DNA of 52,743 bases from an uncultured Candidatus Saccharibacteria bacterium (GTDB taxonomy: Bacteria; Patescibacteriota; Minisyncoccia; Phycocordibacterales; UBA9973): positions 166,603-219,345 of the forward strand of contig CAYYNN010000001.1 of NCBI GenBank assembly GCA_964473175.1. Direction: 5' to 3'. The notes beneath the pieces were generated by a model. The model worked only from the letters and a program-made list of their open reading frames with translations, did not search any database and was not told the origin of the DNA. The position numbers were made by a program, and so were the translations under genes. Positions 40,179-47,863 of the stretch are shown here, piece after piece (position 1 is the stretch's first letter; each line of letters opens with the position of its first letter).

Positions 40179-40451
40179 ATGAGCGCATCAAGTATTAAAG
40201 ATACGGCACGTAAGCAATCTTCTAAAATTTCAGACCCACTTAGCAAACTGCATTGTCGTTTACGCCGATATAGAAAAGGTGTTTTGATAACAGGAATTCC
40301 TGCACTGGTTTCAATATTTAATATAGGGTCAGATCATGAGAACGCTAAGTGGGCACCTTTTATTGTATTACTCATTTTCTTAATCCCCTTTTTCATCTTT
40401 ACAATTTTGAGAGATAATTGTGAGAAAAAAATTAAAAAAATGGAGAGTTAG
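40179..40451 (+). CDS. hypothetical small membrane protein
   Basis: 90-aa ORF with a basic N-terminus and two hydrophobic helices, bracketed by a consensus promoter and a strong terminator. Confidence 0.55.
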   Translation: MSASSIKDTARKQSSKISDPLSKLHCRLRRYRKGVLITGIPALVSIFNIGSDHENAKWAPFIVLLIFLIPFFIFTILRDNCEKKIKKMES

Positions 40452-40473
40452 AAAAAAACGAAAACAGTTTACA

Positions 40474-40498
40474 CCGCTTGCATTTCAAGCGGTTTTTT
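40474..40498 (+). terminator. Intrinsic terminator
   Basis: CCGCTTG-CATTT-CAAGCGG followed by TTTTTT. Confidence 0.8.
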
Positions 40499-40532
40499 AT
40501 TTCCTATTTTTACTTGCTGGCCGTCTCGAGCT
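40491..40532 (+). repeat. Intergenic repeat copy C (shortened variant)
   Basis: GGTTTTTTATTTCCTATTTTTACTTGCTGGCCGTCTCGAGCT. It shares the GGTTTTTTATTT..CC, ACTTG-N-TGGCCGT and GAGCT blocks with A and B but lacks about 11 nt of the middle. Confidence 0.6.
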
Positions 40533-40803
40533 AGAACCGTAGTCGGTCAAGCCCAGTAAGGTTATTCTGATACATTTTTCTATACTACCACGACGCGTCT
40601 CGAGCACTACAGTATTATCTCTTCCCCGCTACTATTTAGTACTTTCATACTTGAAGAAGGTTTTGTATATATCTCAGGGTTTTGTATCTTATGAACTTTC
40701 AATAATAGTTCAACTAAGCACACAAGATTATCTCGTTCTCCATTCATAAATAGTGACAAAAGTGACACAGATTGAGCATATAAAGTTACACTTCCCTGTA
40801 ACT

Positions 40804-41262
40804 CTACATTACAAAACTATCCGTATTGATTCCCTGTGCAACAGCAAGCTTAATAAACTCTTCTTGCGTCTCGGGAGTCTTCTCATAATGCATTGGGGTG
40901 ACATTTCCAATCTTTTTGAATTGCAGTACAAACTCAAGCGCCTCATGCGGACCAAATGTATAGTGAGTACCAACTGGGATCAGTGCTCGATCAACTTCAA
41001 GATCTGTTACAGCAATGCCTGATGGATAAAACATGTCACCTGCAAAATAGATCTTCTTACCATCTACTTCGATCAGAAAACCGAAGTTTTCTTTTGGTCG
41101 AACTGTTACATTTGGTCCATGATCAACATCAAATATTGATACCTTGAACGCATCAATAGTAACTGAATCATTTGATTTTATCTCAATGATTTCTGAGAAT
41201 AACTTCTCTTCTCCAAGAATTTCAATACACTCCTTATTGCTGTATCGAGTAACAACTGCCAC
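40804..41262 (-). pseudogene. MBL-fold hydrolase, C-terminal portion only (5'-truncated; GTG start in track)
   Basis: FGFLIEVDGKKIYFAGDMFYP...DRALIPVGTHYTFGPHEALEFV..KIGNVTPMHY matches the C-terminal half of UPF0173-type MBL-fold proteins. No HxHxDH motif is present, there is an in-frame TGA just upstream, and no ATG start. Confidence 0.5.
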
Positions 41263-41637
41263 TACTTCTATTGGTCAGATCAAATCTACATTGGTCTCAT
41301 TCAAGAACTCTATCGAGAACTTGATATTGCCAATAAGCGCGTCTGCCTCTGGATCAAGAATGGACACTCTCCCACTCCAGGTGTCGCATTCAACAAATGC
41401 TACGAGCCGTGTATTTATGGCGTGCGCGGCAAACCGTATATTGCAAAAGATATCAATAATCTAAACGAGGTTATGGATAAAGATGTGTCCAACGGAAACG
41501 ACCTGCTCGATCAACTTGATGTATGGCTTCAGAAACGTCTCCCAAGCAAGGACTACGAGCACGCAACTTCAAAGCCCCCCACACTTCATGAGAAAGCAAT
41601 CCGTCGTTGTTCAAAGCCAGGCGATATCGTTTGCTAA
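41203..41637 (+). pseudogene. N4/N6 DNA methyltransferase (PF01555-like) remnant, truncated at both ends
   Basis: Open frame without an ATG reads ...RVCLWIKNGHSPTPGVAFNKCYEPCIYGVRGKPYIAK...DVWLQKRLPSKDYEHATSKPPTLHEKAIRRCSKPGDIVC*. The HxTxKP...S.PGDIV block is diagnostic. The N-terminal DPPY and C-terminal LDPFxGSGTT motifs are missing. Confidence 0.6.
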
Positions 41638-41906
41638 AAAGGTAAGCTCATTACAAATGGCTCTATAACATTCCGAATTTTGCAGGGATTGACTTGTATC
41701 AGCGGTATTATAAAACCTGGTGATAGCACTACGCACCGTATTGTAAAATGTAAGTATGTTACGGTTTCGATTTTGTGGATCATGCTGGTCGTTCTTACCA
41801 TCAGTTGCAACGGCATCTGCAAGATGATATGACAGCAATGGGTTGATGCGTCTATTGGTTGCTGCTTTTTGTATCCATCCGGCATATAGAAAATGTGAAG
41901 TGCCAA

Positions 41907-42182
41907 CTAGTGCACCGATACCAGTTCTAGTTCTTTGGTATTAAATATTTCTGCGGCAGCTAGTATTAATTGCCGGACATGATTAATTGCTTTCTGCACT
42001 TTTACCTGCACGAAGTCAATGAGCTGAACTTTATAATAGCGATGGGATATCTCCTGATCTTTTTTAGCATCTGCTTCTGCTTGTATAGTGGCAAAATCAG
42101 TTAGTTCATGATCAAGATCTTTGATACAATTTTCCACTTCGGGAATTGTATAACGGTTGTTTGAAGCGATGAGTATTTGCAT
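41907..42182 (-). CDS. hypothetical small helical protein (second of a tandem pair)
   Basis: 91-aa ORF lying 12 nt downstream of the 97-aa ORF. It shares an ...ELxx...RYY...IDF... pattern with that ORF. Confidence 0.5.
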   Translation of the reverse strand: MQILIASNNRYTIPEVENCIKDLDHELTDFATIQAEADAKKDQEISHRYYKVQLIDFVQVKVQKAINHVRQLILAAAEIFNTKELELVSVH

Positions 42183-42194
42183 GAATTATGGTTT

Positions 42195-42488
42195 TTAAAT
42201 GTGGACTAATTGTTTTAATAAGTAATAAGCGGAAAGAAGCTCTAGAACCTGAGGTACTTGGTGTGGTAGGCTAATTGATTCCAAGTGTTCGAGCTGCATA
42301 ATCGCAAAATCGATGGAGTATGACTTGTACGCCTCATAATACCGGACCGGCTTACCGGGAGTGCAATCCTTAATTTCCTGTAACTCCTTTTTTAATCGTT
42401 GAATAGCACTTTGGATACTTGAGGGGACAAGGGTAGGTGGTACTTTGAGGCTAGTACACTGGTTGGAAGTAAATCCTGTTTTTTTCAT
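42195..42488 (-). CDS. hypothetical small helical protein (first of a tandem pair)
   Basis: 97-aa ORF with an ATG start, divergent from the recombinase operon. No family recognised. Confidence 0.5.
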   Translation of the reverse strand: MKKTGFTSNQCTSLKVPPTLVPSSIQSAIQRLKKELQEIKDCTPGKPVRYYEAYKSYSIDFAIMQLEHLESISLPHQVPQVLELLSAYYLLKQLVHI

Positions 42489-42552
42489 GGATCACTAGTT
42501 TTAAATTAATAAATACTAGGAATCCAGCATAAGTGGAAAGCGATTTGGTCAA

Positions 42553-42581
42553 TTGACAAAAATCACTATTTTTGTAAAAAT
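42553..42581 (+). promoter_or_regulatory. sigma70-type promoter with extended -10, facing the recombinase
   Basis: TTGACA (42553-42558), a 17-nt spacer ending in TGT, then AAAAAT (42576-42581). The -35 hexamer sits inside the 10-bp palindrome GTCAATTGAC (42548-42557). Confidence 0.55.
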
Positions 42582-42587
42582 GAAATA

Positions 42588-42653
42588 GGTAGCCACTATT
42601 ACTGGTTTCCAATTCTTATTAAGCTTCGTTCTTGACCAACGGAGCTTTTTTTT
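42588..42653 (+). ncRNA. candidate ~65-nt small RNA or leader attenuator
   Basis: Defined only by the promoter at 42553-42581 and the terminator at 42622-42653. There is no ORF between them. Confidence 0.25.
42622..42653 (+). terminator. Strong intrinsic terminator
   Basis: AGCTTCGTT-CTTGACC-AACGGAGCT (9-bp stem with one G-U pair) followed by TTTTTTTT. Confidence 0.75.
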
Positions 42654-42835
42654 GTGGTGGGGTGAGAGGCGGCAATAAAAAGGAATTTCGCTTTGATTTT
42701 TGGAGATCTTGGAATTTGTACTACGAATTTACTTTTTAAAATTGAGATTATTACATTTAAAGAATAAAATTCATTATGCTGCACTACTTTTTCTTCAATA
42801 CTTACAGTATAAGGTCTCTTCGGCTTTTCTGTTTT

Positions 42836-43003
42836 ATGTATTCAAAAGAACTCATTACCAAAACAATTGCGTACTTCAATTCAAAATACTCCCATGTAAT
42901 TTCTGAAGAAACCGCTGAAGTATACCTTACCGCGATGGCTGGTCTTTTTGAATCATTTGCTGAGTTGAGAAAACTGGAAGATTTTAGTAAGATGAAGGTG
43001 TAG
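42836..43003 (+). CDS. hypothetical 55-aa protein coupled to the recombinase gene
   Basis: Starts at the ATG at 42836 (MYSKELITKTIAYFNSKYSHVISEETAEVYLTAMAGLFESFAELRKLEDFSKMKV). Its stop at 43001-43003 is 1 nt before the recombinase ATG. Confidence 0.4.
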   Translation: MYSKELITKTIAYFNSKYSHVISEETAEVYLTAMAGLFESFAELRKLEDFSKMKV

Positions 43004-43004
43004 T

Positions 43005-44519
43005 ATGAAATTCATTATTTATTGCAGAAAATCTACAGATACTGAAGATAAACAAGTCCTTTCTCTTGAATCCCAGGAAAAAGAACTTCTTCAAATTGCA
43101 AAACGAGATAACTTGGAAATTATTAATACTTATAGAGAAAGCAGGTCTGCTAAGGAACCAGGAAGGCCAATTTTTAATACCGTGTTATCAATCTTGGCTA
43201 CTGGGAAAATTGATGGGATATTATGCTGGAAAATTGATCGACTCACGAGAAACCCTGTAGATGGAGGCCATATTCAATGGTTGTTGCAAAGTGAAAAAAT
43301 AAAATGTATTGCAACATTTGAGAAGAACTACTACCCCTCTGACAATGTACTGTTGATGAATATTGAGCAAGCGATGGCTACACAATATATTCGGGATTTG
43401 AGTACTAATGTTAAGCGAGGTAATCGGGCAAAATTGGAACGAGGAGAATGGCCAGGCAAAGCAACCTTTGGATATCGTAATGACAAAGCTTCAAAAACAG
43501 TTGAAGTTGATAAAAAAGCAGCACACTATGTTAAACGAGCCTATGATTTGTATGCCACTGGTGGGTATACCCTCAAGGAGCTTAGTGATATCTTATACAC
43601 CGAAGGCTTGCGCTCTTCATCGGGAAACAAAGTGTTTAAAAGCAAAATTCACACGTTCTTTACCAATAAGTTTTATTACGGATTAATGGAGCGAGGAGGA
43701 AGCGTGTATGTCGGCAAGCATACTCCTATTATTTCTCTTGAACTATTTGAAAAAGCCCAAGATGTATTACTACATAGAAAACATCCCCGTCCTCAAAAAC
43801 ATTTTTATGTAGCCCGTGGGTTTCTTCGTTGTGGATCATGTGACTGTGCAATAACGGGGGATATAAAAAAAGGATTCACCTACTACTATTGCACTAACGG
43901 CAAAGGACACTGTGCGCAACATACGCGGTATATGCGATCAGAATATATAGATACACTTCTATCAACATTATTTCTTGAATTACAGTTTGATCTTGATTTA
44001 ATTGAGCTAATGGCTTCTGCTTATCAAGAAAAATATACAATCACGGATGATTACTTTGAATCGTCTATCAAACAGCTCTCAGATGGGCTAAAACTACTCC
44101 TAGATAAAGAGTTAGCATTAGTAGATGGTCTAAGTTCCAATATCATACGCAAAGAGCTGTATACCGTAAAAATGAAAGAAATCGAAAACCAGCGCAGTGA
44201 ATGTACATTACAACTGCAAGAATTGAGATTAAAAGCACGGGAGACTTCCATCACTTCCGAACACGTAAAAAATCTGTTTATAGACTGCAACAAAGCCTCT
44301 GAATCATATTTAGCTGCCTCTGACGCTCAAAAAAGAGTTATGCTCGAAGAAATACTTTCGAATGCTTCTATTGAAAACCAAAAAATCGTAAGCTATCAGT
44401 TCAAAAGTCCATTTTCGCTGATAGCAAAATCATCGAAAAATAGCAGTTTTTCAGAAATGCTGTCGAACCTGGACTCGAACCAAGATAAACGGTACCAGAA
44501 ACCGTTGTCCTACCATTAG
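43005..44519 (+). mobile_element. large serine recombinase (resolvase/invertase N-domain + recombinase domain + zinc ribbon + coiled coil)
   Basis: 504 aa with the catalytic-Ser context IIYCRKSTD, plus GILCWKIDRLTRN, the recombinase-domain FGYRND and a Cys cluster (CGSCDC...YYYCTNGKGHC). Confidence 0.9.
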
Positions 44520-44530
44520 ACGATTCGACA
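44460..44530 (-). tRNA. tRNA-Gln (anticodon CUG), no encoded CCA
   Basis: Hand fold on the minus strand: acceptor TGTCGAA/TTCGACA (U1-A72), D arm GTCT-AATGGTA-GGAC, anticodon stem ACGGT/ACCGT with loop TTCTGGT, T arm CTTGG-TTCGAGT-CCAGG, discriminator G. Confidence 0.85.
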
Positions 44531-44588
44531 ATCGTGGGCTTATTATACCCAAAAACTGTTTTATTTCAATTGGCTAAAAACGTGTCTA

Positions 44589-45512
44589 TTATACGTTCAA
44601 ATATCGTCGTACTGCGAGATAGCTTGATACTGCACCCAGAAACAGCCCTATGAGGAATACTGTGCCTCCGATACTAAAGAAATGTGCAAGGTAGTAGTTG
44701 TAGAGATCAAAGCCGAGCAGACCTGACGCATGCTTGCCCAACACGTAGGTCAACGGCATAAAGATAATCGTTGAAATGATAAACGCAAAGAACCCATACA
44801 GTATCCCCCCTACGATAAACGGTGCTCGCACATATGCAGTACTCGCTCCAACCAGACGCATGATCCCTATCTCTTCTCGTGCGATGTAGATCGTTAGTCG
44901 TACGGTGGTGAACACAATAATGATAGAAATAAGTGCGAGTATGGCAGTCACCGCAAAACCAATCTGTCGAACATTTTTGATCAAACTATTGAGTCGGTCA
45001 ATAACAATTTTGTTCTGTGAGTAGTTGATACGCTCGATGATAGGCGCATTGGTGCGAGCTATTTGACTATCTCCTTCGATGACACGAGCAATGGATTCGT
45101 ATTGCGTTGAGTCCTTTGCTTTGATCAACAGTGATCCGCCGAACGGGTTATCCCCCAACTCATCAAGCGCCTGAAGCGTCAGATAGTCATCAGCGTGACG
45201 TGTTCGGAATGCAAGCACTTGATCATCAGCTGAGCTGTATTGAGCATAGGCAACTTCTGGCAGCTTTTGCAGTGTTGATTGAAGAGTGAGGATGTCTTCT
45301 TCAGGTGCATCGATAGTGAAATAGATAGCGATATCTACCTTGTCTTGGACCTGTACGATAGTGTTGGTGAGGACCGCTTGAAACAAGAAAATAGCTGTTG
45401 CCATACACAACGTGATAGTAGTAACCAAGATAGCGGCATATGAAACCAGTCCATTTCTTCGGAAATTGTTCCACCCACTTTTTATAACTCGTTGTAATCG
45501 TATCCAAAACAT
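44589..45512 (-). CDS. ftsX: cell division ABC transporter permease-like protein FtsX
   Basis: 307 aa with the FtsX topology (TM, large extracytoplasmic loop, three C-terminal TM helices), downstream of ftsE. Confidence 0.88.
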   Translation of the reverse strand: MFWIRLQRVIKSGWNNFRRNGLVSYAAILVTTITLCMATAIFLFQAVLTNTIVQVQDKVDIAIYFTIDAPEEDILTLQSTLQKLPEVAYAQYSSADDQVLAFRTRHADDYLTLQALDELGDNPFGGSLLIKAKDSTQYESIARVIEGDSQIARTNAPIIERINYSQNKIVIDRLNSLIKNVRQIGFAVTAILALISIIIVFTTVRLTIYIAREEIGIMRLVGASTAYVRAPFIVGGILYGFFAFIISTIIFMPLTYVLGKHASGLLGFDLYNYYLAHFFSIGGTVFLIGLFLGAVSSYLAVRRYLNV

Positions 45513-45533
45513 ATGTATATATAGTATAGCGTA

Positions 45534-46214
45534 TTAAGTCTTTTTTACATGACGCTGTTCGTCTCCAACAACGCGACCTTTGGTCATACTGATAATGCGC
45601 GTTCCTACTGCCTTGATCAAGACAGGATCATGCGTCGTAAGGATAACAGTCGTACCGAGATCGTTAATTTTCTTCAAGATATGAATAACTTCGTGTGTAT
45701 TTGCTTCATCAAGGTTACCTGTTGGCTCGTCTGCAATCAATACTTCAGGCTGATTAATAATTGCGCGCGCAATCGCAAGACGCTGCTTTTCTCCACCTGA
45801 AAGTTGGTTGGGGAAATGAAACATTCGATCTTCTAAATCCACAAGCTGTAATACGTGCGGAACATCTGACACAATCTCGTCATCACTTTTGCCTGCAGCT
45901 TCCATTGCAAATGCAATGTTTTCATAGGCAGTTTTACTCCCGAGCAATCTAAACTCCTGGAACACTGTCCCAATACGTCGACGAAGCTTTGTTGTTTCAG
46001 CGCGAGAAAATGCATTAACATCGATATTTTCGATGAGCACCGATCCTTCTGTTGGTTCATCTTCTGCGAGGACAAGTTTCGTAAGTGTTGTTTTGCCTGC
46101 ACCAGAAGGTCCCACAATAGTAACAAACTCTCCAGTTGCTATTTCTAGGTTTACATTTTCTAATGCAATGGCGCCGTTGGGGTATACCTTTGATACATTT
46201 ACAAACTTTATCAT
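45534..46214 (-). CDS. ftsE: cell division ATP-binding protein FtsE
   Basis: Starts at the ATG at 46214 (MIKFVNVSKVYPNG); the track start is a TTG. Has Walker A GPSGAGKTT, the signature LSGGEKQR and Walker B LIADEPTGNLD. Confidence 0.92.
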   Translation of the reverse strand: MIKFVNVSKVYPNGAIALENVNLEIATGEFVTIVGPSGAGKTTLTKLVLAEDEPTEGSVLIENIDVNAFSRAETTKLRRRIGTVFQEFRLLGSKTAYENIAFAMEAAGKSDDEIVSDVPHVLQLVDLEDRMFHFPNQLSGGEKQRLAIARAIINQPEVLIADEPTGNLDEANTHEVIHILKKINDLGTTVILTTHDPVLIKAVGTRIISMTKGRVVGDEQRHVKKT

Positions 46215-46260
46215 ACTAGGGTTCAATTATAGCATAGTGTCTTTTTGTATACGCACTTTT

Positions 46261-47142
46261 CTATAATTCCTTTTCTGCCTCTACAAATGCATCAATATCT
46301 CCGTCTTCGAGCACTTTATCCACATTACCAGTCTCGACATCAGTGCGGTGATCTTTGACCATTTTGTATGGATGCAGTACATATGAACGTATCTGACTTC
46401 CCCATTCGATGTCAGTTGTTTTTGAGATATACAACCCTTTTTCATTTGCAACACGCTCTTCTTCGAGACGTTTGTAGAGTTTGCCTTTGAGGAGATCGAG
46501 TGCGCGCTCTCTGTTTTGTTCTTGACTTCGCTCGGTGGTGACGTGCACTGCGAGCCCCGTTGGGATATGCACGATACGAACTGCGGTCTCACGTTTGTTG
46601 ACGTTCTGTCCACCAGGACCACCAGCACGAGCAAATGATATCTCGAGATCTTTGTCTCCAAATACAATATCGGTGTCGCCCTTAGTGAGCTTAGGAATAA
46701 CTTCAACAAGTGAAAAGGATGTTTGTCGTTTTGCACTCGCATTGAACGGCGAGATGCGTACGAGTCGGTGCACCCCAGATTCATTTCGGAGCATGCCAAA
46801 TGCACCCTTGCCTTCGATTTCAAAACTCACGTTGCGATAACCACCATGGTCGTTGGGACTTTCGTTGATGAATGACAGTCCCCACCCTTTTCTTTCGGCA
46901 TACTTACTATACATACGCAAAAGCATTGCGGAGAAATCTTCTGCGTCATCTCCCCCTGCTCCAGAGAAAATAGTGATGATTGCATTTCCTTTATCATACT
47001 TACCAACACCCTCGAGCTTGTCTTTGAGCTCCTGCAGCTCACGTATCTGTGTCTGTGCCAACACTTTGTCATTCCAAAATGCTCCGTCTGACATAGCGGC
47101 CTCGATATAGATGATGCGTTGTTGTATCTGCTCTTTATCCAT
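46261..47142 (-). CDS. prfB: peptide chain release factor 2 (short N-terminal domain)
   Basis: Contains the SPF tripeptide (RISPFNA) and GGQ (GPGGQNVNK). The likely start is the ATG at 47142 ([10 protein letters not shown]...). The upstream in-frame extension in the track has no RF2 similarity. Confidence 0.9.
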   Translation of the reverse strand: MDKEQIQQRIIYIEAAMSDGAFWNDKVLAQTQIRELQELKDKLEGVGKYDKGNAIITIFSGAGGDDAEDFSAMLLRMYSKYAERKGWGLSFINESPNDHGGYRNVSFEIEGKGAFGMLRNESGVHRLVRISPFNASAKRQTSFSLVEVIPKLTKGDTDIVFGDKDLEISFARAGGPGGQNVNKRETAVRIVHIPTGLAVHVTTERSQEQNRERALDLLKGKLYKRLEEERVANEKGLYISKTTDIEWGSQIRSYVLHPYKMVKDHRTDVETGNVDKVLEDGDIDAFVEAEKEL

Positions 47143-47217
47143 GCTAGTACTGTAGCAAGAAATACGACTATTTTGCAAAAATGAATATTGTATGCATAAT
47201 GATAAAAAAGTAACATT

Positions 47218-47826
47218 ATGAAGAAAAAAATCATTATGCTTCGACATGCAGAAAGCATTGGGAATGCTGGTGGAGCCACCATCGACAGCGCTTCAATGGG
47301 GTTATCCGAGCTTGGTATTGCTCAAGCACAAGAATTGCCCACTGCCATTGGTGTTGTCCCTGAAATACTTATTTACTCAAAATACCTCAGAGCAGAACAA
47401 ACCGCTGACCCGCTTCGGAGAACACATCCCCACTCAGTATGCAGCGTATGGGAGATTCATGAATTTACATACCTCAATGGTATGAAGTACAAAAACACAA
47501 CACAAAAACAGCGGCAATTTCCTCGGCAGGAGTACTGGTCGAGATGTGATCCTATGTATTGCGATGAAGGAGGGGCAGAATCTTTTTATGATTTTTTGCG
47601 ACGTGTAGATGTTTATATCCGCAGATTGCAAACAATCTATTACGACCCAATCGTTGTGATTAGTCATGAGTTATTTATCTTAGGGACAATGTTTCTTTTG
47701 GAAAACAAAATTATCCCATCGGCAGTGACAAGAGAACACATGGAAGTGTTTAGGTCTATGTACTACACCAAAAAAATTGCCAATACGGCACTGTATGATC
47801 TTTCAGAACAGATTCTCGCGTATTAA
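47218..47826 (+). CDS. histidine phosphatase (phosphoglycerate mutase-like) family protein
   Basis: 202 aa with the RHG-type N-terminal motif ([12 protein letters not shown]) and a later VVISHE motif. Confidence 0.78.
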   Translation: MKKKIIMLRHAESIGNAGGATIDSASMGLSELGIAQAQELPTAIGVVPEILIYSKYLRAEQTADPLRRTHPHSVCSVWEIHEFTYLNGMKYKNTTQKQRQFPRQEYWSRCDPMYCDEGGAESFYDFLRRVDVYIRRLQTIYYDPIVVISHELFILGTMFLLENKIIPSAVTREHMEVFRSMYYTKKIANTALYDLSEQILAY

Positions 47827-47832
47827 AAATCC

Positions 47833-47863
47833 AATTCCCCCTCTATAAAGAGGGGGAATTTTT
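47833..47863. terminator. Bidirectional intrinsic terminator
   Basis: An 11-bp stem AATTCCCCCTC-TATAAA-GAGGGGGAATT followed by TTT, with A-rich sequence upstream. It lies between convergent genes. Confidence 0.8.

Noticed and set aside
41263-41460. There is an apparent N-terminal continuation of the MBL-fold ORF through an in-frame TGA (...IRFAAHAINTRLVAFVECDTWSGRVSILDPEA...NVDLI*PIEVVAVV...). This could hint at UGA recoding (code 25 or selenocysteine).
   Set aside because: RF2 (SPF motif) is encoded at 46261-47142 and TGA terminates tsf (6705-6707), so UGA is a stop here. The extension has no start codon (a TAG lies right before it). The opposite strand over the same bases carries a much stronger methyltransferase motif. 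It is best treated as a pseudogene or antisense artefact.
41638-41906. Minus-strand ORFs 41634-41906 and 41611-41838 lie between the methyltransferase remnant and the small-protein pair.
   Set aside because: They overlap each other in different frames, are Cys/His-rich with an odd composition, and have no motif or plausible start context. This is probably decayed noncoding remnant sequence.
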